Source: an uncultured Methylibium sp.
GTDB lineage: Bacteria > Pseudomonadota > Gammaproteobacteria > Burkholderiales > Burkholderiaceae_C
Direction: 5' to 3'
NCBI GenBank assembly: GCA_964622685.1
Contig: CAZUUU010000002.1
Location: forward strand, 1,034-65,033
DNA length: 64,000 nt
A program made the position numbers and the translations under genes. Position 1 is the stretch's first letter; the number at the start of each line of letters is the position of its first letter. Positions 1 through 10,977 of this stretch are shown piece after piece. The notes under the pieces were generated by a model that worked only from the letters and a program-made list of their open reading frames with translations, was not told where the DNA came from and did not search any database.

Positions 1-597
1 CTGGCGGAACTGCAACGCACGGGCCGTGCCCGCCGGTGCCTGTGACCAGGCGCGTCCGTCGAGCCGGCCGCGCAGCGTCAGCTCGTAGCGTCCCTTGAAC
101 TCCGCCGGCGACTTGCCCGGCTGCATCACCAGCAGCTGGTAGCGCAGCTGGCCCTGTCCGACGACCTCGGCCTGCAGGCCCCGCACCATCAGGCCCTGCC
201 GGCCGCTGGTCGGCAGCAGCCGCTCGAAGAAGCCGAGGTCGCCCTTGAGCGCCAGGTTCTCGGCCTCCAGGGCCCGCACCTGGCTGGCCAGGCGGTCCAG
301 CGTCGTTCGCTCGGTCTTCAGCAGGCTCTCGGCCGTGTTGGCGATGCTCTGGGCCTTGTCGCGCTCGCTGCGCAGTTGCTCGATCTCGTCGGCGACGCTG
401 CCCGACTCCACGCGGCCTCCGCCGCGATCGAGTCCCGCGATGTCCTTGCCGAACTCGAAGGCCCACACCGCGAGTGCCGCCGAGAAGCCCAGCGCCAGCG
501 CCATCACGGCCCAGCGCAGGGGCCAGGGCAGATGGCTGCGCACGATCATGCGCGGGGCGCTGATCGACAGACGGCGGCGCAGCAGCTTCCAGCGCAT
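1..597 (-). CDS. DUF6776-like membrane-anchored coiled-coil protein (3' end runs off the window)
   Basis: Manual translation from ATG 597: MRWKLLRRRLSISAPRMIVRSHLPWPLRW, a TM segment, a coiled coil, then DLGFFERLL and LRYQLLVMQ. Not in the ORF track because it is open at the window edge. Confidence 0.7.
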   Translation of the reverse strand, partial: MRWKLLRRRLSISAPRMIVRSHLPWPLRWAVMALALGFSAALAVWAFEFGKDIAGLDRGGGRVESGSVADEIEQLRSERDKAQSIANTAESLLKTERTTLDRLASQVRALEAENLALKGDLGFFERLLPTSGRQGLMVRGLQAEVVGQGQLRYQLLVMQPGKSPAEFKGRYELTLRGRLDGRAWSQAPAGTARALQFRQ

Positions 598-688
598 GGT
601 GGGTTCGAGAGGAAACCTGGATTCTAGGTAGCGAGCCTGGGGCCTCCGGCCCGAAGTTGCAACGGCTGATGAAGTCGGCGCGCGAATG

Positions 689-714
689 AAAAAGCCGCCC
701 GAAGGCGGCCTTTT
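689..714. terminator. Intrinsic (probably bidirectional) terminator downstream of rpsI
   Basis: AAAAA-GCCGCC-CGAA-GGCGGC-C-TTTT: hairpin flanked by A and T tracts, just past the rpsI stop. Confidence 0.8.
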
Positions 715-732
715 GTCTCGCTGGCGAAGAGA

Positions 733-1125
733 TCAGCGCTTGCTGAACTGCTTGCGACGGCGCGCGCCGTGCAAACCGACCTTCTTGCGCTCGACTTCGC
801 GCGCGTCGCGGGTCACGAAACCCGCGCGGCTCAGTTCGGGCTTGAGCGCCGCGTCGTAGTCGATCAGCGCGCGCGTGACGCCATGGCGCACCGCGCCGGC
901 CTGGCCGGACTCGCCGCCACCGTGCACGTTGACCTTGATGTCGAAGGCTTCGACGTTGTTGGTCAGGAACAGCGGCTGCTTGACGATCATGATCGAGGTC
1001 TGGCGGCCGAAGTACTGCTCGACCGGCTTGCCGTTGACCGTGATCTGGCCGGAGCCCTTCTTCAGGAACACCCGCGCCACCGACGACTTGCGGCGGCCGG
1101 TCCCGTAATTCCAATTGCCAATCAT
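733..1125 (-). CDS. rpsI: 30S ribosomal protein S9
   Basis: [19 protein letters not shown]...[14 protein letters not shown]...[25 protein letters not shown]; 130 aa from ATG 1125. Confidence 0.99.
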   Translation of the reverse strand: MIGNWNYGTGRRKSSVARVFLKKGSGQITVNGKPVEQYFGRQTSIMIVKQPLFLTNNVEAFDIKVNVHGGGESGQAGAVRHGVTRALIDYDAALKPELSRAGFVTRDAREVERKKVGLHGARRRKQFSKR

Positions 1126-1135
1126 CGTCATCCCC

Positions 1136-1564
1136 TCAGATCGCCAGCGGCTTGGGCTGCTGCGCGGTGTGCGGGTGCGAGGCACCGGCATAGACCTTCA
1201 GCTTCTTGATCATCGCGTAGCCCAGCGGGCCCTTCGGGAGCATGCCCTTGACGGCCTTCTCCAGCGCGCGGCCGGGGTGCTTGGCCTGCATGTCCTTGAA
1301 GCGCGTCGCGTGGATCCCGCCCGGGAAGCCCGAGTGGCGGTAGTAGATCTTGTCGTTGGCCTTGTTGCCCGTGACGCGGAGCTTGTCGGCGTTGACGATG
1401 ACGATGAAATCGCCGGTATCGACGTGAGGCGTGTAGATGGGCTTGTGCTTGCCGCGCAAACGGAGGGCCACTTCGCTGGCAACCCTGCCGAGAACCTTGT
1501 CGGTCGCGTCGATCACAAACCACTCGTGCGTCACTTCGGCCGGCTTGGCGCTGAAGGTTTTCAT
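1136..1564 (-). CDS. rplM: 50S ribosomal protein L13
   Basis: [33 protein letters not shown]...[14 protein letters not shown]...HPHTAQQP; 142 aa; canonical rplM-rpsI order. Confidence 0.99.
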   Translation of the reverse strand: MKTFSAKPAEVTHEWFVIDATDKVLGRVASEVALRLRGKHKPIYTPHVDTGDFIVIVNADKLRVTGNKANDKIYYRHSGFPGGIHATRFKDMQAKHPGRALEKAVKGMLPKGPLGYAMIKKLKVYAGASHPHTAQQPKPLAI

Positions 1565-1716
1565 GAGGGTCCTGACGGAAAATCCCGGCTCTGCTGCAGC
1601 GGTCGGTGCCTCTTGTGAAGCCCGTCTGGCGACGGACCCGAGGCCTCTTAGGCTGCATGATCGGCGGCAGAGTTGCCACCGACTTTTCCCGGAGCCGGAC
1701 GGCGGGAAAGCCGCGG

Positions 1717-1722
1717 AGTATA
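1717..1722 (-). promoter_or_regulatory. Candidate sigma70 -10 box (TATACT) for rplM-rpsI
   Basis: TATACT on the minus strand about 150 bp upstream of the rplM start, in otherwise GC-rich DNA; -35 not clearly identified. Confidence 0.4.
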
Positions 1723-1850
1723 GCCGCGATCGTCGCGCCCGAGCAACGGCGCGTCCCGGCGCAGCGGACCCTGCCGCGGCCCGCAATCACCCCGGCAGCG
1801 GCGGCCGGCCATGGCGTCTACAATTCAGGGTAAACCCTAATCATCCTCTC

Positions 1851-2579
1851 ATGGGCTTCCCCGGCGACATCCTCCATCGAGGCACCCCCTCCGCCGACCG
1901 GCACGCCGGTCCGGACTCGGCGCCGCCTCCCGGCGCGGGCGCCTTTCGGTGGGTGCCGATCCGCTCCCTGGCGGAGCGCCACCGCGAACGCATCGTCGCC
2001 CACCTGCTGGCGCTGCCGGCCCACGACCGCTACCTGCGCTTCGGCTATTCGGCCAGCGACGCCCAGATCGCCGCCTACGTCGACGGCATCGGCTTCGAGC
2101 GCGACGAGGTGTTCGGCATCTTCAACCGCCGCCTCGAGCTGATCGCGATGGCGCACCTGGCCTACGAGCGGCCCGCCCAGCTGCAGTCGCGCCCGCCGAT
2201 GGTGGAGTTCGGCGTCTCGGTGCTGCCGCAGGCGCGCGGCCGCGGCTACGGCGCGCGGCTGTTCGACCACGCCGTGATGCATGCGCGCAACCGCGGCATC
2301 GACACGCTCTTCATCCACGCGCTCAGCGAGAACACGGCGATGCTCAAGATCGCCCACGGCGCCGGCGCCGTGGTCGAGCGCGACGGCGGCGAGGCCAGCG
2401 CCTGGCTCAAGCTGCCGCCCGACACGCTGGCGAGCCAGGTCGAGGAACTGGTCGAGACGCACGCCGCCGAGGTCAACTACCAGTTCAAGCGCCACGCGAT
2501 GCGCCTCGAGCAGCTGCTCGACGCCGTCGGCGAGGTGCGCGCCTCGCTGGGTCGCAGCACCGGCGCCGCGTCCGAGTAG
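1851..2579 (+). CDS. GNAT family N-acetyltransferase
   Basis: DRYLRFGY, VEFGVSVLPQARGRGYG (acetyl-CoA motif A), ENTAMLKIA; start taken at ATG 1851 (uncertain). Confidence 0.85.
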   Translation: MGFPGDILHRGTPSADRHAGPDSAPPPGAGAFRWVPIRSLAERHRERIVAHLLALPAHDRYLRFGYSASDAQIAAYVDGIGFERDEVFGIFNRRLELIAMAHLAYERPAQLQSRPPMVEFGVSVLPQARGRGYGARLFDHAVMHARNRGIDTLFIHALSENTAMLKIAHGAGAVVERDGGEASAWLKLPPDTLASQVEELVETHAAEVNYQFKRHAMRLEQLLDAVGEVRASLGRSTGAASE

Positions 2580-2708
2580 GGCGACGCGGGGCGTCGCCCG
2601 CTTGCCACGGCCCCCAGCTGGGGGGACACCGGCCTGCGGGCCCGGGCTAGCATGCCAGTCCGACTGCGCCCCGCTTCGGCCCGGACACTCTCCCGGCCGG
2701 TCTCGCTG

Positions 2709-3410
2709 ATGACCTCGTCCCCCTGGATGCTCTTGCTGCTTGCCGGCGTCGCCGTGATCGGCGCGTTCTGGCTCGGCCGCAGGTCGAACGCGCGCAACAC
2801 GCAGACGCCGCTGCCCGGCGACTGGGCGGTGATGGCGCGGCCGGTGCTCAACGCCGACGAGCGCCGCACGATGCGCATGCTGCGCGACGCGATGCCGCAG
2901 TACGTCGTGCTCGCCAAGCTGCCGCTGGTGCGGCTGTGCCAGCCACGCGATCCGCAGAAGGTGCGCTACTGGTTCGACCTGCTCGGGCCGCTGCACGTGA
3001 GCTTCGCGGTCTGCAGCCCCAACGGCCGCGTGCTCGCGGTCATCGACCTCGAGCCCGAGCGCGGCTTCTCGCGCCGCGCCGCCAAGATCAAGCAGTCGGT
3101 CCTCGACGCCTGCCGCATCCGCTACCTCGCCTGCCGCGCCGAGAACCTGCCGCCGGCCGGTGAGCTGCAGCTGCTGCTGCGCCCCCAGGGCGTGGTCAGC
3201 AGCCCGGTGCCGCTGGCACCCACGCCCACCTTCGTCGCGGCGCGCAGCACGCTGTCGGACACCGTGCGCACCAAGCGCGCCGAACGGTCCGCGCGCTGGG
3301 CCGACTCCAACTTCCCGCAGGATTCCTTCTTCGCGCCCGACAGCCGCCACGACGGCGGCCCGACCAGCGAGTTCTCGCCGCTGAGCATGGCGCGCGAGGA
3401 CCTGCGCTGA
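2709..3410 (+). CDS. DUF2726 domain membrane-anchored protein
   Basis: N-terminal TM, then RPVLNADER, YVVLAKLPLVR, HVSFAVC, VLAVIDL, KQSVLDACRIRYL; start could be 2652. Confidence 0.75.
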   Translation: MTSSPWMLLLLAGVAVIGAFWLGRRSNARNTQTPLPGDWAVMARPVLNADERRTMRMLRDAMPQYVVLAKLPLVRLCQPRDPQKVRYWFDLLGPLHVSFAVCSPNGRVLAVIDLEPERGFSRRAAKIKQSVLDACRIRYLACRAENLPPAGELQLLLRPQGVVSSPVPLAPTPTFVAARSTLSDTVRTKRAERSARWADSNFPQDSFFAPDSRHDGGPTSEFSPLSMAREDLR

Positions 3411-3433
3411 AGCCTGCGTGAGACCATCGCGGC

Positions 3434-4450
3434 ATGGACGATGCCGCGAGCGCCCCGCAACCTTTTGCCGACCTGACACCGCACGCGGTGCTGGACGCGC
3501 TGGCCGATGCCGGCCTGTACGGCGACGGCCGCCTGCTGCAGCTCAACTCCTACGAGAACCGCGTGTTCCAGGTCGCGCTGGAGGACGGCAGCTTCGTCGT
3601 CGCCAAGTTCTACCGCCCGGGCCGCTGGAGCGACGCGCAGATCCTCGAGGAACACGCCTTCGCGCTGGAGCTGGCCGCCGCCGAGGTGCCCGCGGTCGCG
3701 CCGCTCGTGCTCGACGCCGGCCGCGCGGTCGCCGGCACCACGCTGCTCGGCACGCCGCCCACGCTGGCGCGCCGCGACGGCATGCGCTTCGGCGTCGCGC
3801 CGCGACGCGCCGGCCGCGCACCCGAACTCGACGACCCCGAGGTGCTGGAATGGATCGGCCGCTTCATCGGCCGCCTGCACGCGGTGGGCCGCCGGCAGCC
3901 CTTCGCCCACCGTCGCACGCTCGACGTCGACACCCTGGGCCGCCAGCCGCGCGCCTGGCTGGTCGACCACGAGGTGCTGGCGCCCGCCGAGTCCGCGCAA
4001 TGGGCCGCAGTCGCCGACCAGGCGCTGGCGCTGGCCGAGCAGCGCTTCGCCGCCGTCGCCCCGCGCCGCCTGCGCCTGCACGGCGACTGCCACCCCGGCA
4101 ACCTGTTGTGGACGCCGCAAGGCCCGCACTTCGTCGACCTCGACGACGCGATGACCGGCCCGGCCATCCAGGATCTGTGGATGCTGCTGTCGGGCGATCC
4201 GGCCGAGGCGCGCCGCCAGCTGGCCTGCCTGCTCGAAGGCTACGAGAGCTTCTGCGACTTCGACCGCCGCGAGCTCGCGCTCGTCGAGGCGCTGCGCACG
4301 CTGCGCATGATCCACCACAGCTTCTGGATCGCGCAGCGCTGGGCCGACCCGGCCTTCCCGGCCGCCTTCCCGTGGTTCGGCGGCCCGAGCTACTGGTCGC
4401 AGCAGACCGCCGACCTGCGCCAGCAGATCGAGGCCATGAGCCAGGACTGA
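3434..4450 (+). CDS. srkA: Stress response Ser/Thr kinase SrkA (RdoA/YihE)
   Basis: LNSYENRVFQV, KFYRPGRWSDAQILEEH, RLHGDCHPGN, FVDLDDA, GPAIQDLWMLL, RWADPAFPAAFPWF. Confidence 0.93.
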   Translation: MDDAASAPQPFADLTPHAVLDALADAGLYGDGRLLQLNSYENRVFQVALEDGSFVVAKFYRPGRWSDAQILEEHAFALELAAAEVPAVAPLVLDAGRAVAGTTLLGTPPTLARRDGMRFGVAPRRAGRAPELDDPEVLEWIGRFIGRLHAVGRRQPFAHRRTLDVDTLGRQPRAWLVDHEVLAPAESAQWAAVADQALALAEQRFAAVAPRRLRLHGDCHPGNLLWTPQGPHFVDLDDAMTGPAIQDLWMLLSGDPAEARRQLACLLEGYESFCDFDRRELALVEALRTLRMIHHSFWIAQRWADPAFPAAFPWFGGPSYWSQQTADLRQQIEAMSQD

Positions 4451-4457
4451 GCCGCGC

Positions 4458-6323
4458 TCAGGTCAGCAAGCGGTTGACGCGCTGAACGTAGGCCGCCGGA
4501 TCCTCGAGCTGCCCGCCCTCGGCCAGCACCGCCTGGTCGAACAGCACGTGGGCCAGGTCCTCGAAGCGCTCGCTGCCGTCCAGGCGCTTCACCAGCGCGT
4601 GCCCGGCATTCACTTCCAGGATCGGCTGCGATGCCGGTGCGCTCTGCCCGGCCTGCTTCAGCAGCCGCGCGAGGTGGCCGCTCATGTCGCCCTCCTCCAC
4701 CACCAGGCAGGCCGGCGAATCGACCAGCCGCGTCGTCACGCGCACGTCCTTCGCGCGGCCCTTCAGCGCTTCCTTCAGCTTCTCGAGCACCGGCTTGAAG
4801 GCCTCGGCCGCCGCCTCGAGCTGCTGCTTCTCGGCCTCGTCCTGCAGCTTGCCCAGGTCGACCGCGCCCTTGGCCACGCTCTGCAGCGGCTTGCCCTCGA
4901 ACTCGTAGAGGTGCGCCAGCATCCACTCGTCGACGCGGTCGGCCAGCAGCAGCACCTCGATGCCCTTCTTGCGGAAGAGCTCCAGCTGCGGGCTGTTCTT
5001 CGCCGCCGCCAGCGTGTCGGCGGTGATGACGTAGATGGCCTCCTGGCCCTCCTTCATACGCCCCACGTAGTCGGCCAGGCTCACGCTGGCATCGGCGTGC
5101 GTGGAGGCAAAGCGCAGCAGCTTCGCCAGGCGCTCCTGGTTGGCATGGTCCTCGCCGATGCCCTCCTTCAGCACCGCGCCGAACTCGGCCCAGAAGCTCG
5201 CGTACTTGTCGGCGTCGTTCGCGGCCAGGTCCTCCAGCATGCCCAGCACGCGCTTGGTCGAACCCTCGCGGATCGCCTTCACGTCGCGGCTTTCCTGCAG
5301 CAGCTCGCGGCTCACGTTGAGCGGCAGGTCGCTGGAGTCGATCACGCCCTTGACGAAGCGCAGGTAGCTCGGCATCAGCGCCTGCGCGTCGTCCATGATG
5401 AAGACGCGCTTGACGTAGAGCCTCACGCCGCTCTTGCGGTCGCGGTTCCACAGGTCCTGCGGCGCCTTGGCCGGCAGGTAGAGCAGCTGGATGTACTCGC
5501 TGCGGCCCTCGACGCGGTTGTGCGTGTAGGCCAGCGGCGGCGCGGGGTCGAAGCTGATCTGCTCGTAGAAGCTCTTGTACTCGGCGTCGGTGATCTCGCT
5601 CTTGGGCCGCGCCCACAGCGCCGCCGCCTTGTTGACGGTCTCCCAGTCGTCCAGCGTCAGGTACTCGCCCTTCTCGCTGTTCCACTCCTGCCTGCGCATC
5701 AGGATGGGCAGCGAGATGTGGTCGGAGTACTTGGCGATCGTCGACTTGATCTTCCACTGCGACAGCCACTCGTCCTCGCCCTCGCGCAGGTGCAGGATCA
5801 CGTCGGTGCCGCGCGTCGCGCGCTCGATGGTCTCGACCTCGAACTCGCCCGTGCCGGTGCTGCTCCAGCGCACGCCCTGCGCGGGCGCCAGGCCGGCGCG
5901 GCGCGTCTCCACGGTGATGCGGTCGGCCACGATGTAGCCGCTGTAGAAGCCCACGCCGAACTGGCCGATCAGCTGCGTGTCGCGGGCCTGCTCGCCCGAG
6001 AGCTTGCCGACGAACTCGCGCGTGCCGCTCTTGGCGATGGTGCCCAGGTTGGCGATGGCCTCGGCCTCGTTCATGCCGATGCCGTTGTCGCTGATGGTGA
6101 TCGTGCGGGCGTCCTTGTCATAGCTCACCCGCACCTCCAGCGTCGGTGCGTCCTCGAACAGACCGGCCTCGTTCAGCGCCTCGAACCTCAGCTTGTCGCA
6201 CGCGTCCGACGCGTTGGAGATCAGCTCGCGGAGAAATATCTCCTTGTTAGAGTAGAGCGAGTGCGTCACCAGGTGCAGCAACTGTTGCACCTCGGCTTGA
6301 AAAGACAGGGTCTGCTTGTTCAT
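4458..6323 (-). CDS. htpG: Molecular chaperone HtpG (Hsp90)
   Basis: [68 protein letters not shown]; true start ATG 6323 lies inside the 1465-aa ORF. Confidence 0.98.
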   Translation of the reverse strand: MNKQTLSFQAEVQQLLHLVTHSLYSNKEIFLRELISNASDACDKLRFEALNEAGLFEDAPTLEVRVSYDKDARTITISDNGIGMNEAEAIANLGTIAKSGTREFVGKLSGEQARDTQLIGQFGVGFYSGYIVADRITVETRRAGLAPAQGVRWSSTGTGEFEVETIERATRGTDVILHLREGEDEWLSQWKIKSTIAKYSDHISLPILMRRQEWNSEKGEYLTLDDWETVNKAAALWARPKSEITDAEYKSFYEQISFDPAPPLAYTHNRVEGRSEYIQLLYLPAKAPQDLWNRDRKSGVRLYVKRVFIMDDAQALMPSYLRFVKGVIDSSDLPLNVSRELLQESRDVKAIREGSTKRVLGMLEDLAANDADKYASFWAEFGAVLKEGIGEDHANQERLAKLLRFASTHADASVSLADYVGRMKEGQEAIYVITADTLAAAKNSPQLELFRKKGIEVLLLADRVDEWMLAHLYEFEGKPLQSVAKGAVDLGKLQDEAEKQQLEAAAEAFKPVLEKLKEALKGRAKDVRVTTRLVDSPACLVVEEGDMSGHLARLLKQAGQSAPASQPILEVNAGHALVKRLDGSERFEDLAHVLFDQAVLAEGGQLEDPAAYVQRVNRLLT

Positions 6324-6497
6324 GGCGGACTGATGATTCGTTGGGATGGGCGCCGACCCGCGATGCTCGATCGCGCGCGGCGTGGATTGTGGGGCCGCTC
6401 GCGCGGCTTTCAAGCCCGGCATGGCCCGCATCCCTGGACCGGAACTCATCCCCCGCCCCGCGCTCCCACGGTCGGGACCAGAGGAGACCAGAACAAG

Positions 6498-7751
6498 ATG
6501 AACGACAACCCGCTCGCCAACACCGACGTGCTGCGCGCCCCGCTGTGGACGCTCGAGGGCCTGCGCAGTGCCGACCCGGTCCTGGGCATCGCCCTGCTGA
6601 TCATCATCGCGGTCGTGGCCGGCGAGGCCGTGCGCCGCTGGACGCGGCTGCCGCGCGCCTGCGGCCACATGCTGGTCGGCGTGATCGCCAGCCCGCTGGC
6701 GCTGCGCCTGCTCGAGCGCACCGACCTCGACCCCTGGAAGCCGCTGCTCGACCTGGCCGTCGGCGTGCTGGTCTTCGAGCTCGGCACGCGCATCCGCCCG
6801 CGCTGGCTCATCCACAACCCGGCGCTCGCGCTGCAGGGCGTGGCCGAGGCGCTGCTGGCCGGCGCCGCGGTGACCGGCGCGCTGGTGCTGCTGGGCGTCG
6901 CGCCGATCTCGGCGGCGCTGGCCGGCGCGGTGGCGATGGCCACCTCGCCGGTCATCACGATGTCCGCGGTCTACGAATGGCAACCGCGCGGCCAGGTCAC
7001 CGAGCGCCTGCTGATGATGACCGCGCTCAACAGCGTGCTGGCGGTGCTGGCGCTCAAGGGCTGGCGCGTCGTCGCCACCGCCGATGGCCCGCTGCGCGCC
7101 GAATGGCTGCCCGCGCTGGCCAACGCGGTCTACGTGCTGTGCGGGTCCTTCCTGCTGGGCGCGCTGCTGGGCCTGCTGCTGACCTGGCTGTCCAAGCCGA
7201 TGCGCCGGACCACCGCCAGCGCGGTGCTGCAGATCGGCCTGCTGGTGCTGGGCGCGCTGCTCGCGGCGCAGTGGACGCTGTCGCCGCTGCTCGCGCTGCT
7301 GATCGCCGGCATCGTGGCGCGCGAACGCATGGGCCACGGCCTCACCGTCGAGCCGCAGCTCGGCACCGCGGGCACCGCGCTGACGGTGCTGCTGTTCGTG
7401 AGCCTCGGCCTCGTCAGCACGGTGGAAAACATCCTCGGCCTGTGGCCCTGGGTGCTGGCGATCATCGTCGCGCGTGCGCTCGGCAAGGGCCTGGCCATCG
7501 TCGCGATGTCGCGCCACAGCGGCCTGAGCCTCAAGCAGGCCCTGGCCCTGACGCTGGCGCTGCAACCCATGGCCCAGTCCGCCCTGCTGCTGGGCGCCAG
7601 CACCTACGGCTGGCCCGGCGACGCGCCCCTGGTCGAGGCCGGCCTGCTGCAGGCCCTGCTGATCGCGGTGACGCTGATGCAGCTCAGCGGACCGATCTGG
7701 GCCCAAATCGCACTGCGCCAGATCGCCGGCGAAGTGCCGCAACGGAGCTGA
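6498..7751 (+). CDS. Cation:proton antiporter (CPA2-like)
   Basis: About a dozen hydrophobic segments, LVFELG, AMATSP, ALNS; GAGGAG RBS upstream of ATG 6498. Confidence 0.8.
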   Translation: MNDNPLANTDVLRAPLWTLEGLRSADPVLGIALLIIIAVVAGEAVRRWTRLPRACGHMLVGVIASPLALRLLERTDLDPWKPLLDLAVGVLVFELGTRIRPRWLIHNPALALQGVAEALLAGAAVTGALVLLGVAPISAALAGAVAMATSPVITMSAVYEWQPRGQVTERLLMMTALNSVLAVLALKGWRVVATADGPLRAEWLPALANAVYVLCGSFLLGALLGLLLTWLSKPMRRTTASAVLQIGLLVLGALLAAQWTLSPLLALLIAGIVARERMGHGLTVEPQLGTAGTALTVLLFVSLGLVSTVENILGLWPWVLAIIVARALGKGLAIVAMSRHSGLSLKQALALTLALQPMAQSALLLGASTYGWPGDAPLVEAGLLQALLIAVTLMQLSGPIWAQIALRQIAGEVPQRS

Positions 7752-7754
7752 GCC

Positions 7755-8867
7755 ATGCCCCTGCAGGACTTCACCCCTTCCGAAGCGCTGACGCTCGGCG
7801 TCGAGCTCGAGCTCCAGCTCCTCAGCACCCACGACTTCGACCTCGCCCCGCAGGCCGAGGACCTGCTGCGCGAGACCGCCAGGCACTCCGGCGCCTGGGA
7901 CATCAAGCCCGAGATCACGCGCAGCATGATCGAGATCGGCACGTCCATCCAGCGCCGCCACGCACCGCTGCGCGACGAATTGCGCGACATGCGCAACCAG
8001 CTCGTGCGCGCCGCGCGCAAGCTCAACATCTCCATCGCCGGCGGCGGCACCCACGCCTACCAGCACTGGAGCGAACAGCAGATCTTCCCCGGCGAGCGCT
8101 TCCATTACATCAGCGAGCTCTACGGCTACCTCGCCAAGCAGTTCACCGTGTTCGGCCAGCACGTGCACGTCGGCTGCCCCGACGGCGACCAGGCGCTGTG
8201 GCTGCTGCACGCGCTCTCGCGCTACGTGCCGCACTTCATCGCGCTGAGCGCGTCGTCGCCCTACGTGCAGGGCCAGGACACCGGCTTCGATTCCGCTCGG
8301 CTCAACTCGGTTTTCGCCTTCCCGCTGTCGGGCCGCGCGCCCTTCGTGCGCAGCTGGGACGAGTTCGGCGGCTACTTCGACAAGATGACCGCCACCGGCG
8401 TCGTGCAGTCGATGAAGGACTTCTACTGGGACATCCGCCCCAAGCCCGAGTACGGGACCATCGAGCTGCGCGTCTGCGACACGCCGCTGTCGGTCGACAA
8501 GGCCGCGGCGCTGGCCTGCTACCTGCAATGCATCTGCCGCCAGCTGCGCGAGGAAAAGCCCTTCGAGCCCAGCGAGGACGACTACCTCGTCTACACCTTC
8601 AACCGCTTCCAGGCCTGCCGCTTCGGGCTGGACGGCGAGATCGTCGATCCCAAGACCAAGGCCCGCTCGCGCCTGCGCGACGACATCCTGCGCACCCTCA
8701 CCCGCCTGGACGAGCACGCGCTCGACCTGGAGGCGCTGGACGCGACGCAGCTGCTGCGCGATTCGCTCTTCGAAGGCAACGACGCGCGCTGGCTGCGCAG
8801 CCAGCGCGCGTCGTCGCTGCCCTTGTCGGCGGTGGTCGAGGCGGCCGCGAAGCACTGGGTCGCCTGA
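7755..8867 (+). CDS. ybdK: YbdK family carboxylate-amine ligase (glutamate-cysteine ligase 2)
   Basis: [58 protein letters not shown]. Confidence 0.93.
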   Translation: MPLQDFTPSEALTLGVELELQLLSTHDFDLAPQAEDLLRETARHSGAWDIKPEITRSMIEIGTSIQRRHAPLRDELRDMRNQLVRAARKLNISIAGGGTHAYQHWSEQQIFPGERFHYISELYGYLAKQFTVFGQHVHVGCPDGDQALWLLHALSRYVPHFIALSASSPYVQGQDTGFDSARLNSVFAFPLSGRAPFVRSWDEFGGYFDKMTATGVVQSMKDFYWDIRPKPEYGTIELRVCDTPLSVDKAAALACYLQCICRQLREEKPFEPSEDDYLVYTFNRFQACRFGLDGEIVDPKTKARSRLRDDILRTLTRLDEHALDLEALDATQLLRDSLFEGNDARWLRSQRASSLPLSAVVEAAAKHWVA

Positions 8868-8873
8868 GCCCGA

Positions 8874-8901
8874 CCCGTTCGGGCCGAGCCTGTCGAAGCC
8901 C
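8874..8901 (+). repeat. Single REP-like element, same family as 12351-12519
   Basis: CCCGTTCGGGCCGAGCCTGTCGAAGCCC, near-identical to the last unit of the 12.4-kb cluster; lies between convergent genes. Confidence 0.75.
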
Positions 8902-8913
8902 GCCGCCGGCAGA

Positions 8914-9432
8914 TCAATGCCGACCGAAGCGCAGGTGCACCGGCAGGTCGTTGAGCTTCGGCTCGGCCGGCGCGGTCGCGGCGGCCTTGCCGGCGCTCTC
9001 GGCCTTCTGCGGCTCCGCGGCCATCACGAAGCCGTCGCCGGCCGCCAGCCGCACGTCGCCCTGGGCCGTGTCGACGGGCGTGCCGACGAAACGCCGGCCG
9101 TTGCCGCTGCGCGTCTCGAGCCAGCCGTCCGCCCCCGGCATCCGGCGCGCGGCCGCGATCTCGCTCGCCACCGCCTGCGGGTTGCGCGCCGTGGTCGACG
9201 TGCCATGCGGGCCGACGAAACGCAGGCTGTCGCCACCGTTCACCTCGGCCCAGCCGTCGGCATGGATGGGGTTCATGCGCCAGGCAGCCAGTTCGGCCAG
9301 CACCTGGGCGCGGGTCTTGGGGCCGTCGATGGCGGCCGGCCGGCTGCCCGGCCAGTTGTCCGCGTGGGCGGCCAGCGGGGTCAGCAGCGCGGCCCCGAGC
9401 GACAGGGAGATGAGAGCAAGGCGAGTGGACAT
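8914..9432 (-). CDS. Secreted DUF4148-like repeat protein, paralog A
   Basis: Signal peptide ending AAHA; [13 protein letters not shown]; [21 protein letters not shown]; C-terminus [13 protein letters not shown]. Confidence 0.7.
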   Translation of the reverse strand: MSTRLALISLSLGAALLTPLAAHADNWPGSRPAAIDGPKTRAQVLAELAAWRMNPIHADGWAEVNGGDSLRFVGPHGTSTTARNPQAVASEIAAARRMPGADGWLETRSGNGRRFVGTPVDTAQGDVRLAAGDGFVMAAEPQKAESAGKAAATAPAEPKLNDLPVHLRFGRH

Positions 9433-9603
9433 GGTGGACTCCAATGGGGTTGGGCCTCGTGGGCCGCGCCGAGAGGTTCAGCGTGCCGGGAACTTTAGGA
9501 ACCGGAACCCGGCGTCCGCATCACGGACCGCTCACGATTCGGGAAGGAATCCATCCCGAAAGTGTTCGCGCGAGCGGCCCGTTCGACGCAGTCACCCGCC
9601 GGC

Positions 9604-10134
9604 TCAATGGCGGCCGAAGCGCAGGTGCACCGGCAGGTCGTTGACGTTGAGCTTGGGCTCGGCCTTCATGCCCATCGAGAAGCCCTCGCCGGCGGCCACG
9701 CGCAGGTCGCCCGACGCCGCCATCGGCGCCGCGGCCGGCTTGAACACGCCCACGTAGCGCAGGCTGTCGCCGCCGTTGACCTCGGCCCAGCCGTCGGCAT
9801 GGACCGGGTTCTTCTTCCACGCGTCGAGCTCGGCGCGCACCTCGGCGCGGCTGCGGCCCGGGCCGGTGTGGCCCACGTAGCGCAGGCTGTCGCCGCCGTT
9901 GACTTCGGCCCAACCGTCGGCGTGGACCGGGTTCTTGCGCCAGGCGGCCAGTTCGGCCAGCACCTCGGCGCGGGTCTTGCCGGAGACGCCGGGCTGCTCG
10001 ACGCGGACCAGCGTGTCGCCGATCAGCTGGAAGCCGTCGTGCGTCGGGATGCCCTGGGCCGACACGGCCAGGGGCGAGAGGGTGGTGACGGCGGCCGCGA
10101 CGGCCAGGATCAGGGTGTTGAGGCGGAAGGACAT
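9604..10134 (-). CDS. Secreted DUF4148-like repeat protein, paralog B
   Basis: Signal peptide ending AVSA; two near-identical repeats [31 protein letters not shown]; C-terminus [13 protein letters not shown]; AGGAG RBS. Confidence 0.72.
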   Translation of the reverse strand: MSFRLNTLILAVAAAVTTLSPLAVSAQGIPTHDGFQLIGDTLVRVEQPGVSGKTRAEVLAELAAWRKNPVHADGWAEVNGGDSLRYVGHTGPGRSRAEVRAELDAWKKNPVHADGWAEVNGGDSLRYVGVFKPAAAPMAASGDLRVAAGEGFSMGMKAEPKLNVNDLPVHLRFGRH

Positions 10135-10302
10135 GATGGACTCCTGTGGGGTTGAGGTTTCGGTTCCGCGCTGTTTCGTTTCAGCGTGGAGGGAACTTTA
10201 GGAATCGACCCCCGACGCGAAGCGCACCGTCCGATTACGTTTGTGCAAGGAAAGCCACCCCCCGGCCGACTGCAGGGCACGCGACACGAACGGGAGACGG
10301 CG

Positions 10303-10977
10303 ATGCGACTGCTGGTGGTGGAAGACGAGCCCAAGCTGGCCGAGTACCTGCGCAAGGGCCTCAGCGAGAACGGCTACATCGTGGACGTGGCGCACGACGG
10401 CATCGACGGCCGCCACCTCGGCACCGAGGGCCACTACGACCTGCTGGTGCTCGACGTCATGCTGCCGGGCATCGACGGCTTCGGCGTGCTGGACGCGGTG
10501 CGCCAGGTGAAGGACACGCCGGTGCTGATGCTCACCGCGCGCGACAAGGTCGAGGACCGCGTGCGCGGCCTGCAGGGCGGCGCCGACGACTACCTCATCA
10601 AGCCCTTCTCCTTCTCGGAGCTGCTGGCCCGCGTGCAGGCGCTGCTGCGCCGCGGCCGCGGGCATCAGGACAGCAGCACGCTGCAGCTCGGTGAGCTGGA
10701 GCTCGACCTCCTCAAGCGCAAGGCCAGCCGCGCCTCGCAGCGCCTGGACCTCACGGCCAAGGAGTTCGCGCTGCTGAGCCTGCTGCTGCAGCGCCAGGGC
10801 CAGGTGCTGTCGCGCACCGTGCTGGCCGAGCAGGTCTGGGACATGAACTTCGACAGCGACACCAACGTCGTCGAGGTCGCCGTGCGCCGCCTGCGCAGCA
10901 AGCTCGACGACCCCTACCCCACCAAGCTGCTGCACACCGTGCGCGGCATGGGCTACGTGCTGGAGCAGCGCGCGTGA
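10303..10977 (+). CDS. Heavy-metal response regulator (CusR/CzcR/IrlR subfamily, OmpR type)
   Basis: [70 protein letters not shown]. Confidence 0.92.
   Translation: MRLLVVEDEPKLAEYLRKGLSENGYIVDVAHDGIDGRHLGTEGHYDLLVLDVMLPGIDGFGVLDAVRQVKDTPVLMLTARDKVEDRVRGLQGGADDYLIKPFSFSELLARVQALLRRGRGHQDSSTLQLGELELDLLKRKASRASQRLDLTAKEFALLSLLLQRQGQVLSRTVLAEQVWDMNFDSDTNVVEVAVRRLRSKLDDPYPTKLLHTVRGMGYVLEQRA

Noticed and set aside
4458-8855. 1465-aa ORF suggesting a giant HtpG fusion
   Set aside because: Only 4458-6323 is HtpG; the upstream part is the stop-free antisense of the antiporter and ybdK genes, common in high-GC DNA.
4548-9757. Long plus-strand ORFs of 1067 aa and 1138 aa
   Set aside because: The first is htpG antisense joined to the real antiporter; the second is an Arg/Ala/Pro-rich off-frame shadow.
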